This document shows positions 25,998-34,207 of a stretch of 38,465 nt of DNA, piece by piece. Numbering within the stretch: the first letter of the stretch is position 1; every line of letters begins with the position of its first letter. Where the stretch lies: IMG/VR virus record IMGVR_UViG_3300046739_000253, positions 1 to 38,465 of that record, one strand, 5' to 3'. The notes below the pieces were generated by a model. It saw only the letters and a program-made list of their open reading frames with translations. It was not told the origin of the DNA and ran no database searches. A program made the position numbers and the translations under genes. The DNA is from a virus (lineage: Duplodnaviria > Caudoviricetes).

Positions 25998-26384
25998 ATG
26001 CGAAAAGCCCAATGTTTCGTGCCCGGTCGCCCGGTGCCCCAAGGGTCGATGCGGTCGCTCGGGAAGGGGCGCATGACGCACAACAGCGTCCATCTCAAGG
26101 CGTGGCGCACCGCCGTCGGCTGGGCCATGCGGGCCGCGCTGGGCACCGAGCCGCCGACCGAGGGCGAGGTCTGGATGAAGCTCCACTTCGTCGTCCAGCC
26201 CCGGCGGCAGGGCGACGCGCCCGACCTCGACAAGCTGGTGCGGGCGGTGCTCGACGCCCTAACGGGCATCGCCTATCTGGACGATAAGCAGGTCGTCGCC
26301 ATCAACGCCCGGCGCACGCTGCTCGGGCCTGACGCGCTCGCCAGCGACCGCGAGGGCGTCACCATCGAACTGGAGCCGCGATGA
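25998..26384 (+). CDS. rusA: RusA-family Holliday junction resolvase
   Basis: VPGRPVPQGS...PDLDKLVRAVLDALTGIAYLDDKQVV. Confidence 0.92.
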   Translation: MRKAQCFVPGRPVPQGSMRSLGKGRMTHNSVHLKAWRTAVGWAMRAALGTEPPTEGEVWMKLHFVVQPRRQGDAPDLDKLVRAVLDALTGIAYLDDKQVVAINARRTLLGPDALASDREGVTIELEPR

Positions 26385-26899
26385 GCAGCACCGAGCCGTT
26401 CGACCTCGTCAGCCACCCCGACGCGCACTCCAACCTGCTGCGCGAGCGGCTGCTGCAGTTGTCGCTGGCCTCGGCGCTGGCGCTGCCCGGCGAGCGGTGC
26501 GTGGTCAGCGCCCGCGACCTGCACGACGTGACGACGCAGGCGCTGGACCTGACGCAGGAACTGCTGATGCTGCGGCGCTGCCTGATCGTGTTCATGCGCG
26601 CGTCGCACGTCGAGGCGCTCGCGCTGCCGTTCGCCGAGACGGTGCTGGCCTCGACGGTGCCGCTGCGCGTGAAGCACGACCCGCACGCGCTGCCCGACCT
26701 GCTGCAGTTGCTGCTCGACGGCGAGGGCTTCGTGACGGTCAGCAGCAGCGCCTACGCGTCGCCTCCGGCGCTGTTCGACAGCGAGGGCCAGAGCGAGGCC
26801 GCGCGGCTCAGGGCGGCGCTCATCGAGGCGCGGCAGGCCATCGTCAACGCGGGCGGCAGCGACACGGTGCTGGCGCTCATCGACGTGAGCTTGCGGTAG
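26381..26899 (+). CDS. Hypothetical protein
   Basis: AACTGGAG RBS and ATGA coupling. Confidence 0.65.
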   Translation: MSSTEPFDLVSHPDAHSNLLRERLLQLSLASALALPGERCVVSARDLHDVTTQALDLTQELLMLRRCLIVFMRASHVEALALPFAETVLASTVPLRVKHDPHALPDLLQLLLDGEGFVTVSSSAYASPPALFDSEGQSEAARLRAALIEARQAIVNAGGSDTVLALIDVSLR

Positions 26900-26910
26900 G
26901 ATACCCAGCC

Positions 26911-27324
26911 ATGCCGCACCGCCTGCTGCTCGCGCTGCCCCTGCTCGGTCTGCTGGCGGGGTGCTCGACGCTCTGCGGCTGCTCCGAGGACAAGAGCGTC
27001 TCCGTCATCGCGCCCGACCCGCCTGCGCCGCCGCCAGCGGTCCACGTCATCGACTTCCACGTCACGGGGACGGACCCCGGCACGGTGGAGATCACGCTCA
27101 CGTCGAGCACCGAGGGGACGAGCACGATCCGCACGAACCTGCCGTGGTTCTCGACGCTGAAGACCACGCGCACGTCGAGCTTCCTCTCGCTGTCGGCGAA
27201 GGACCGCGACTTCTTCAGCGGCACCATCACGGTGCAGATCTTCGTGGACGGGCAACTGTTCCGCGAGGCGAGCGTGACGGGGTTCAACCCGGTCGCAGCC
27301 ATCGACGGCACATGGACGAACTGA
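26911..27324 (+). CDS. Lipoprotein with an MmpS-like beta-sandwich domain
   Basis: Signal peptide with lipobox LLAG-C and a Pro linker. FHVTG...LPW...LSA...ITVQIFVDG pattern. Confidence 0.65.
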   Translation: MPHRLLLALPLLGLLAGCSTLCGCSEDKSVSVIAPDPPAPPPAVHVIDFHVTGTDPGTVEITLTSSTEGTSTIRTNLPWFSTLKTTRTSSFLSLSAKDRDFFSGTITVQIFVDGQLFREASVTGFNPVAAIDGTWTN

Positions 27325-27785
27325 TCCGCGTGCGGCTCATCGGCTACCTCGGTCGCCCGGCGTTCATGGTGCGGCAGCAGCCTCGGCGCATCGGGCGGGC
27401 GGGGCTGCGTCCGTCGGTGACGCAGGACGAACTGGTGTCGCTGCACGCGTGGTTCCGCATCCCGCGCCGCGAGATCGACGCGGTGGTGGTGGCGCGGCAG
27501 GCCGCAGACCGGGCACGCGGGGCGGTGAACAAGGCGGTGGCGGCGCACGCGCACGGCGGGCTGTCGCCGTTCGACGCGGAGTGGCAGGGCGCAGCCGCCG
27601 AGTGTGCGGCGAGCCGGTGGCTGGGTCAGCCGGTGCGGACGCACGCGCCCGACCTCGGCTGGGACTTCCTGCACGACGGCAGGACGCTCGACGTGAAGGG
27701 CACGGCGCATCGAGACGGGGTGCTCTACTTCCCGTCGCTGGCCGCGTTCAAGGCCGACGAGGCTGCGCTGGGGGTGATCGCGTGA
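27312..27785 (+). CDS. Hypothetical protein, possible PD-(D/E)XK nuclease fold
   Basis: G..AE.A...WL...WDF.....LDVKGT. Confidence 0.45.
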   Translation: MDELIRVRLIGYLGRPAFMVRQQPRRIGRAGLRPSVTQDELVSLHAWFRIPRREIDAVVVARQAADRARGAVNKAVAAHAHGGLSPFDAEWQGAAAECAASRWLGQPVRTHAPDLGWDFLHDGRTLDVKGTAHRDGVLYFPSLAAFKADEAALGVIA

Positions 27786-28135
27786 AGCCTGCGATGCCCG
27801 ACATGGCCGACACGGTCTTCTGCGCCCTCGCGCATCTGCCCGACCTCGGCGCGGCGTTCGCGCTCAACGGCGAGGGCGAGGCGCTGCTACGGCTGTCGCT
27901 GGACCCGGCGAGTGTGGCCGGGCTGACCGACGTGCTGCAGGCGCTGCGGAACCGCACGTTCTACGTCGCGCTGGTCGCGACACCGAAAGGGGCACGCCAT
28001 GCCCGTGAAGACGAAGGCACCGGATCGGTTTCCGAATCGGAACCGCAAGCCGAGGAAACCCCGGAAGCCGAGGGGCCGCGCCCTCGCCGCCGCCGCCGAG
28101 TACCTGCTGACAAACCCGACCGCCGCACTCATTGA
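27782..28135 (+). CDS. Hypothetical protein
   Basis: GTGA coupling. Its 3' end overlaps the next ORF by about 135 nt. Confidence 0.45.
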   Translation: MKPAMPDMADTVFCALAHLPDLGAAFALNGEGEALLRLSLDPASVAGLTDVLQALRNRTFYVALVATPKGARHAREDEGTGSVSESEPQAEETPEAEGPRPRRRRRVPADKPDRRTH

Positions 28136-28463
28136 CAAGCACACCGGCAAGCCGGATGGCGAGCGGATCATCGAGGCGCTGAGTGTGCTCGCGACGGGGA
28201 CGGGCGAGCAGGTCGCGAAGTTCTTCGGCGGCTACTACCGGCTGCGGGCGCGGGACCGGCAGGCGGCGCTCAACGTGCTGGAGCAGCGGCGCTTCGGGCG
28301 GGTGCCGCAGATCGATGAGGTGCCGAGCGAGCACCGGCCCACGACCATCGTGAACGTGTTCACGACGAGCGAGGAGTTTGCGTTCGTCACCGCGCAGCAG
28401 CCGAAGCTGGTTGGCTCGACGCGCGCGTTGCCCACTGGAGAGCCTGATGACCGAGACGGCTGA
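27999..28463 (+). CDS. Putative terminase small subunit
   Basis: Basic N-terminus, helical core ending R..A...LE.R.FG..PQ and a beta tail. Lies upstream of the large subunit. Confidence 0.45.
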   Translation: MPVKTKAPDRFPNRNRKPRKPRKPRGRALAAAAEYLLTNPTAALIDKHTGKPDGERIIEALSVLATGTGEQVAKFFGGYYRLRARDRQAALNVLEQRRFGRVPQIDEVPSEHRPTTIVNVFTTSEEFAFVTAQQPKLVGSTRALPTGEPDDRDG

Positions 28464-28776
28464 CACCGCCGACCACGACCCGACGATCCTCGCGGCGCGG
28501 ACGCTGATCGGGCGGCTGCGGGCGAGCACCTACGAGGCGGGCGTGCCGCCGCCGGAGACGCCGCCGCCGTGGTGGAAGTTCGACGCCGAGGACGACGCCG
28601 CGCTGCGGCTGGTGCTCGACTTCACGCTGACGGAGAACACGCGCACGGTGCTGCGGCGCAACGAACGCTACGCCCAGTTGCTGCACTGCGCGATGCTGCG
28701 GCTCTGCGACCACGGCGAGACGGCGAACAGCAGCACGCTGGTGCGCGAGATCCGCGACCTGCTGGGAGGGGCGTGA
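28447..28776 (+). CDS. Hypothetical protein (MTETADTADH...)
   Basis: CCCACTGGAG RBS. Confidence 0.65.
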   Translation: MTETADTADHDPTILAARTLIGRLRASTYEAGVPPPETPPPWWKFDAEDDAALRLVLDFTLTENTRTVLRRNERYAQLLHCAMLRLCDHGETANSSTLVREIRDLLGGA

Positions 28777-28997
28777 TGAACTACAAGGACGCGTTCCAAG
28801 GGCTGGACGACATCCCGCTCCACGACCCGCTGTTCGTGACGTGGGAACTGCTGCACTACAACTACCTGCAGGCCGAGTATGAGGGCGACCGCGAGGGCGC
28901 GGACGCCGCCGAGCGCGAGCGCGACGCGTGGATGTGCGAGGTGCTGACGCGCTGGTGGCATCTGCCGCCGCCGCGCTGGACGGGGGTCGTGCATTGA
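28776..28997 (+). CDS. Hypothetical protein (MNYKDAFQGL...)
   Basis: GGAGG RBS and TGATG coupling. Confidence 0.6.
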   Translation: MNYKDAFQGLDDIPLHDPLFVTWELLHYNYLQAEYEGDREGADAAERERDAWMCEVLTRWWHLPPPRWTGVVH

Positions 28998-29164
28998 GGA
29001 ACGCGTGGGAGCGCGTGGCGTGGTGGTTCTGGTTCCTGCTCGACGTGACGGCGTGTCTGTTCACCTCGGCCATCGCTGGCGGCATCTTCGGGGTTCACGC
29101 CTACGTCGAAGACGTGCGCTACGCGTGGCGGCGTCCCGTGCGCCAGTGGCGACGCGTGCGATGA
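28994..29164 (+). CDS. Small membrane protein
   Basis: TTGA overlap. One hydrophobic segment and a basic tail. Confidence 0.4.
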   Translation: MRNAWERVAWWFWFLLDVTACLFTSAIAGGIFGVHAYVEDVRYAWRRPVRQWRRVR

Positions 29165-29253
29165 GGGATGCGGGCTGGCTGATCGTGTTCTTCGCGACGG
29201 TCGCGCTGGTGGCGTGGCTGGTCGAGAAGGCGCTCGACCGCTGGTGGTCGTGA
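29161..29253 (+). CDS. 30-aa membrane peptide (MRDAGWLIVFFATVALVAWLVEKALDRWWS)
   Basis: ATGA and TGATG couplings bridge exactly to the terminase start. Confidence 0.5.
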   Translation: MRDAGWLIVFFATVALVAWLVEKALDRWWS

Positions 29254-30764
29254 TGCCCGAGGTCAAAGACTTCTGGAACCCGGTGCAGAGCGCGTTCCTG
29301 CTCGCCGATGCCGAGCGGTGGCCCTACGTGGACTTGGAGGGAGCCGTCCGCGCCGGGAAGACGACGCCGCTGGTGGCGAAGAGCGCGGCCTACTGCGTGG
29401 ACTACCACGGCATCCACGGCGCGCTCTGCCGGTGGACGCAGGACGCGCTCGACGCGCAACTGAAGCCGCGCTGGCGTGACTGGTGCGCGACGCACGGCAT
29501 CCGGCTGCAGTGGCACGGCGACGAGGAGTACGACGAGATCCTCGGGACCGGGTCGCGGGTCTACCTGCGGGCGCTGAAGAGCGCCGAGGAGACGAGCCGC
29601 TACGGCAAGCTGGCGGGCCTGACGCTGGCGTTTCTCGGCATCGACCAGCCCGAGGAGGTGCCCGAGGACGTGTATCGGCACTACGTGCCCGCGCGGCTGT
29701 CGCAGCCGGGCTACCCGCATCAGGTGCTGCTCACGCCGAACCCGCCGGGGCTGACGCACTGGATCGCGCAGGACTTCCCCGAGCGCAACGGCAAGGCGGG
29801 CTACCTCTACCTGCGGACCAGCGTCTACGACAACCGGCACAACCTCGGCGACGACTACATCGCGAAGCTGGAGGAGGCGTATCCCGAGGGGCACGCGCTG
29901 CGGCGGCGCTTCATCGAGGGCAAGCGCGGCCTGAGCATCGTGGGCAAGCCGGTGTATGCGGGCTGCTTCAACGCGCGGATCCACGCGCAGCGGCTGCGCC
30001 TGAACGGCAACGTGCCGCTGCTGGAGGGGTGGGACTTCGGGCACTCGCACCCGGCGGTGGTGTGGGCGCAGATCCTGCCGTGGGGCGAACTGCGGGTGCT
30101 CGGCGGCATCCTCGGCACGGACCAGTTCATCGAGGACTTCGCGCCGATGGCGGTGGCGCAGCGGGCGCTCTGGTTCGGCGGGACGCCGGATGTCGATGGC
30201 GAGCGGAAGCTGCCGTGCGAGGTGTGGAGCACGGGCGACCCGGCGGGCGACCAGAACAATTCGCAGGGCACCCGGGTCAGCGCCGCCGACGTGCTGCGCG
30301 AGTATGGCGTGATGCTCTACACCATCGGCGGGGCGAACCATCCCGACGCGCGGGACCGCTGCATCCAGCACCTCGCGGGCTACATGAAGCGGCTGACGCG
30401 GCAGGGCGCGGCGTTCACGGTGGACCCCGACCGCTGGCTCGTCGTCGCGCCGGAGGGCGTCATCGAGAGCACGCACTTCATCGACGCGCTGGAGGCGGGC
30501 TACATCTGGGACGCGCGGAAGATCGCGCACTCGGTGTCGCCGAACACGCGCCGCGCGTTCAAGGACGGGTTCTACGACCACGCGATGAACGCGGTCGAGT
30601 ACATCGTGCTGGCCTACGGCCCGGCGCAGCCGACGAAGGTGGACGCCGACAAGGAGCAGCAGCGGGCGCAGCGGCAGATGCAGCAGGACCGCGACCCGGC
30701 GGATGTGAAAGTGGCGCACCGTGTGGGTGGGCGCTGGGGCGGGTCGAATAGTCGCCGCCGCTGA
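29253..30764 (+). CDS. terL: Terminase large subunit
   Basis: Walker A EGAVRAGKT, Walker B FLGIDQPEE, motif III LTPNP, RNase H-like GWDFG, GDPAG and DHAMNAVEY. Confidence 0.92.
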   Translation: MPEVKDFWNPVQSAFLLADAERWPYVDLEGAVRAGKTTPLVAKSAAYCVDYHGIHGALCRWTQDALDAQLKPRWRDWCATHGIRLQWHGDEEYDEILGTGSRVYLRALKSAEETSRYGKLAGLTLAFLGIDQPEEVPEDVYRHYVPARLSQPGYPHQVLLTPNPPGLTHWIAQDFPERNGKAGYLYLRTSVYDNRHNLGDDYIAKLEEAYPEGHALRRRFIEGKRGLSIVGKPVYAGCFNARIHAQRLRLNGNVPLLEGWDFGHSHPAVVWAQILPWGELRVLGGILGTDQFIEDFAPMAVAQRALWFGGTPDVDGERKLPCEVWSTGDPAGDQNNSQGTRVSAADVLREYGVMLYTIGGANHPDARDRCIQHLAGYMKRLTRQGAAFTVDPDRWLVVAPEGVIESTHFIDALEAGYIWDARKIAHSVSPNTRRAFKDGFYDHAMNAVEYIVLAYGPAQPTKVDADKEQQRAQRQMQQDRDPADVKVAHRVGGRWGGSNSRRR

Positions 30765-30802
30765 GTCGTGCTATCGTGAGCGCCGCCTGCGAGGTCATCA
30801 TC

Positions 30803-30916
30803 ATGGCGAAGAGTTCCGCCCCGTCGAAGAGCGCCGCGAAGCGTGAAGCCGCTGAAGAGCGGGCCGAGCCGAAGGGCAAGCAGAGCAAGGCCGAAGAGAA
30901 GGCCGAACGCAAGTAA
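30803..30916 (+). CDS. 37-aa highly charged peptide MAKSSAPSKSAAKREAAEERAEPKGKQSKAEEKAERK (absent from the ORF track)
   Basis: GAGGT RBS. Codon usage matches the phage. Translated by hand. Confidence 0.55.
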   Translation: MAKSSAPSKSAAKREAAEERAEPKGKQSKAEEKAERK

Positions 30917-30945
30917 CTCGTCCCTCAAACTGGAGCACCGAACCC

Positions 30946-31467
30946 ATGCGATCAGTCGTTGCGCTCATCACGTTCCTCGGCGAGGCACCGTATCCCGACA
31001 ACACGCTGCCCTCGCCACAGCCGAAACCGCCGTGGGCGGGCGGGCCGGGGGGACCGGGCACTCAGCCGCCCGTGTATCCGTCGCACCCGATCTATCGGCC
31101 CCCGTACCCGTCGCAGGGGTTGCCGCCGTTCCCCGACAACAGCCTGCCGGGTCAGCCGCCGTATCCGTCGCAGGGCTTGCCGCCGTTCCCGTCGCACCCC
31201 ATCGTGCTGCCGCCCGGCATCCCGCAGCCGCCGCTGGGCATCTGGGGACCGGGGTTCCCGTATCCCGACAACACGCTGCCGACGCCGCCCGCGCAGCCCG
31301 GCCACCCAGTGAACCTGCCGTCGCAGAATCCAGACGGTGGCTGGGTCTACGCGTTCGTGCCCGGCGTGGGCTGGGTCTGGGCCTACAAGCCCAGCGACGC
31401 GCGGCCTGACAACACGCTGCCGACGCCGCCGGTCGAGGGCGAGACGCCCGAGATCAATCCGCTCTGA
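30946..31467 (+). CDS. Proline-rich repeat protein (PDN[T/S]LP and PSHPI repeats)
   Basis: Four PDNxLP units, two YPSQGLPPFP units, and a GWVYAFVPGVGWVW segment. AACTGGAG RBS. Confidence 0.75.
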   Translation: MRSVVALITFLGEAPYPDNTLPSPQPKPPWAGGPGGPGTQPPVYPSHPIYRPPYPSQGLPPFPDNSLPGQPPYPSQGLPPFPSHPIVLPPGIPQPPLGIWGPGFPYPDNTLPTPPAQPGHPVNLPSQNPDGGWVYAFVPGVGWVWAYKPSDARPDNTLPTPPVEGETPEINPL

Positions 31468-31472
31468 CGGCG

Positions 31473-31646
31473 ATGCGCGTCTACCACGTCGTTCTCAGCG
31501 ACGGCAAAGAGCGCGATGTCACCGCGCACGAAGTGCTCGTCCATAACGGGTCGCTCGTCTTCAGGAATGAGGCGGGCGACGACATCCTGATTTACGCCGA
31601 CACCGCGTGGTTCGCGGTCGAGGTGAGCCGTCTCGATGACAAGTAG
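31473..31646 (+). CDS. 57-aa beta-rich protein (MRVYHVVLSDGKERDV...), absent from the ORF track
   Basis: Translated by hand. Natural-looking composition. Starts 5 nt after the previous stop. Confidence 0.55.
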   Translation: MRVYHVVLSDGKERDVTAHEVLVHNGSLVFRNEAGDDILIYADTAWFAVEVSRLDDK

Positions 31647-31842
31647 GAGGCTTCCCACGGCGTCGTGCGCCCCGTCAACCGGCGCGACCTGACGGCTCCG
31701 ATCACTGCGCCCATGTCGGACAACCAGACGTGGGCGCAGTGCCGTCGCTGCGGGCACGGCTACCGGGTGGCGGCGGTGCCCGGCGTGCTGCACGTCTCGG
31801 TCGGCGACTGTTACCCGCTGCCACAACGTCAAGGAGCGACCC

Positions 31843-31929
31843 ATGCAAACATCCGGCACGTTCCCCGCGCTCAACCAGCCGCGCAAGCCCTCGCGCAAGC
31901 CCAAGGTCAGCAAGCCGTCGAAGAAGTAA
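31843..31929 (+). CDS. 28-aa basic peptide MQTSGTFPALNQPRKPSRKPKVSKPSKK
   Basis: Strong AAGGAG RBS. Ends 4 nt before the portal GTG. Confidence 0.5.
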   Translation: MQTSGTFPALNQPRKPSRKPKVSKPSKK

Positions 31930-31933
31930 GCCC

Positions 31934-34207
31934 GTGCCTGCCCCGCCGCCCACCGTCTACCCGCGTCCGAACCGCCGCAAGCTGACGCCGCCCACGCTGG
32001 GCAAGTCGCCGTTCGACGTAAAGCTCACCGCCGAGCAGAAGACCGAACTGGTGCAGATGCTCGCCGAGGAGATCGACCGGGCGCTTGCCGCGCGGGGGCC
32101 GATCATCAACCCCGGCGGCGACCTCGACTACTGGCACTGGCTCTACAAGCAGGGCAAGCGGAACGTGAAAGACCTGCCGTTCCCCGGTGCCGCCGACCTC
32201 TCGACGTGGATCATCGCGGAGAAGGTCGATGCGATGCGGGCGCGGTTCTGCAAGACGATCTTTGTCGAGCCGGTGTGGGTCGTGGACGGGTGGGGCGCAG
32301 CCGCGCCGCGCGCGTCGCTGGTCGAAGAGTTCCACCAGTGGAAGCAGGAAGAGGAGCGGCTGCAGGGCTGGTTGCAGCGCACGCTGCAGTTGGCGCTGAT
32401 CGAGGGCACGGGCGTGCTGGAGTGCTCCGAGAAGGCCGACATGATCAAGCGCCGGAAGGTGCGGCAACTGCTGCCCGAGACGACGCCGGGGGCGCAGGAC
32501 GGCGACCCCGACCTGATCGTGGCCGATGACCGGGGCGTCGTCGCGCCCGCGCTCGACGCGCAGGGCGCGGTGATGGACGCGGAGAACCCCGACGAGACGG
32601 GCGCGGTCACTGCGCCCGTGGACGAGTTCGTGCCGGTGCGGCGCGGCCCGAGCTACCGCAACGTGTCGCTGCGCGACTTCCTGATCCTCCCGGCGCACGC
32701 GCAGGACGACAGCGAGGTGTGGTGCTACGCCAAGCGGTTCTGGCGGCGGCTGAAGGAACTGAAGAGCCGCGCGAAGAGCGGCCTCTACGACAAGGACGCC
32801 GTCGAGGGGCTGAGTGCCACCAGCGATCGTACGCGCAGCGAACTGCCGCAGAGCGTGCAGGCCGCAGGCATCGACGTGGCCGCGCAGTCGAGTGAGACGA
32901 CCATCGAAAAGGAACTGTGGGAACTGCACGTCCTGCTCGACCTCGACAACGACGGCAGCGAGGAGTGGTACATCATCACGCTCTCCGCGATCCACCGGCA
33001 GATCCTGCGCGTGCAACTGGACGACATGGGGATGCCGCGCTACCTGCTGTTCCGTCCCGCGCCCAACCCGCTCAACGTCTACGGCGACAGCCACGTCGAT
33101 AAGCTCGCGAGTATCGGCGAAGAGCACATGGGCACGCGCAACGCCATCGCCGACCGCAGCAACCTCGTCAACAACGCGCCGATCAAGCGCCTGCGGAACA
33201 GCGGCTGGGACATGGACGAGGAGCCGTGGGGCGTCGGCGCGGTCATCACCGTGCAGGATATGCAGGACGTGCAGCCGGTGACGCTGCCCGACGTGCCCGG
33301 CTCGATGGCGGGGCGCGAGCAGGCGGTGATCGACGCCGCCGAGCGGCTGTCGGGGCTGAACGACGTGACGCTCGGCAGCGCGCCGCAAGAGTCGCGCACG
33401 CTCGGCGAAGTGCAGATGGTCACCGAGCAGAGCTTCGTCCGCATCGAAGAGCAGGTCCGCAACCTGCAGGAGACGATGGAGGACTTGTTCAAGATCCGCC
33501 ACGAACTGTGGCGGCGTGCCGCCGACGAAGCGCCGCTGGAACCGAGCGAGCGGTTCATGCAGCAGTTGCAGTTCCGCTCCATCGACATGGCCGAGGGCGG
33601 CATCGACGGGCAGGCGCTCGCGGGGACGTTCCACGGCAAGCCGCACGGCAGCGTCGAGAGCGCGGACAAGTCGAAGCAGCGGTCCAACTACAACGGGTTC
33701 ATGCAGGTCATGGGCGGGTTCGCGCAGATGAACCCGACGCTGCAGCAGGTCTTCGCCAGCCCCGACGTGATCATCCCGCTGTTTGAGCAGGCGCTCTCGC
33801 TCTACGACTCGCCGAACAAGGGGCAGATGATGCGCTCGCTGCGGCAGTGGCAAGTGCAGACCGAGCAGCAGGCGCAGATGGCCGCGCAGCAGCCGCCACC
33901 GGGACCGCCCGGTGCCCAGCCCGGCGCTCCACCGCCTCCCGGCGGGCCTCCAGCGGGCGCTGGGGCACCCCCACCGCCGGGAGGGCCGGGTGCCCCGCCA
34001 CCGGGACCGCCGCCGCAAGGCGGGCCTCCTGCGCCGCCGCAGGGGCCACCGCCGGGTGGACCGCCGCCGCCGATGATGGGCGGGATGCCGCCGCCGCCCC
34101 CGGACCAGCCCGACGTGGTGCCGGGGATGGGGCAGATGCCGCAAGTGCCGCCTGACCTGCTGGCGCAGATGTCGCTGGCGATGTCCGCGCCGGGCGGGGT
34201 GCAGTAG
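31934..34207 (+). CDS. Portal protein with a Pro/Gly-rich C-terminal tail
   Basis: Size and position after terL. PFPGAADL, ALIEGTG, and AERLSG...G...RTLGEVQM motifs of podoviral portals. Start at GTG 31934 is inferred. Confidence 0.85.
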   Translation: MPAPPPTVYPRPNRRKLTPPTLGKSPFDVKLTAEQKTELVQMLAEEIDRALAARGPIINPGGDLDYWHWLYKQGKRNVKDLPFPGAADLSTWIIAEKVDAMRARFCKTIFVEPVWVVDGWGAAAPRASLVEEFHQWKQEEERLQGWLQRTLQLALIEGTGVLECSEKADMIKRRKVRQLLPETTPGAQDGDPDLIVADDRGVVAPALDAQGAVMDAENPDETGAVTAPVDEFVPVRRGPSYRNVSLRDFLILPAHAQDDSEVWCYAKRFWRRLKELKSRAKSGLYDKDAVEGLSATSDRTRSELPQSVQAAGIDVAAQSSETTIEKELWELHVLLDLDNDGSEEWYIITLSAIHRQILRVQLDDMGMPRYLLFRPAPNPLNVYGDSHVDKLASIGEEHMGTRNAIADRSNLVNNAPIKRLRNSGWDMDEEPWGVGAVITVQDMQDVQPVTLPDVPGSMAGREQAVIDAAERLSGLNDVTLGSAPQESRTLGEVQMVTEQSFVRIEEQVRNLQETMEDLFKIRHELWRRAADEAPLEPSERFMQQLQFRSIDMAEGGIDGQALAGTFHGKPHGSVESADKSKQRSNYNGFMQVMGGFAQMNPTLQQVFASPDVIIPLFEQALSLYDSPNKGQMMRSLRQWQVQTEQQAQMAAQQPPPGPPGAQPGAPPPPGGPPAGAGAPPPPGGPGAPPPGPPPQGGPPAPPQGPPPGGPPPPMMGGMPPPPPDQPDVVPGMGQMPQVPPDLLAQMSLAMSAPGGVQ

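Noticed and set aside
13758-28440. CACTGGAG as a CsrA/RsmA site
   Set aside because: CsrA needs ANGGA, usually in a loop. Here the sequence is CTGGA and lies outside the hairpins.
31665-31985. CxxC-containing ORF before the portal
   Set aside because: It overlaps both the RBS-supported 28-aa ORF and the portal start. It may be real in its 5' part, but support is too weak to call.
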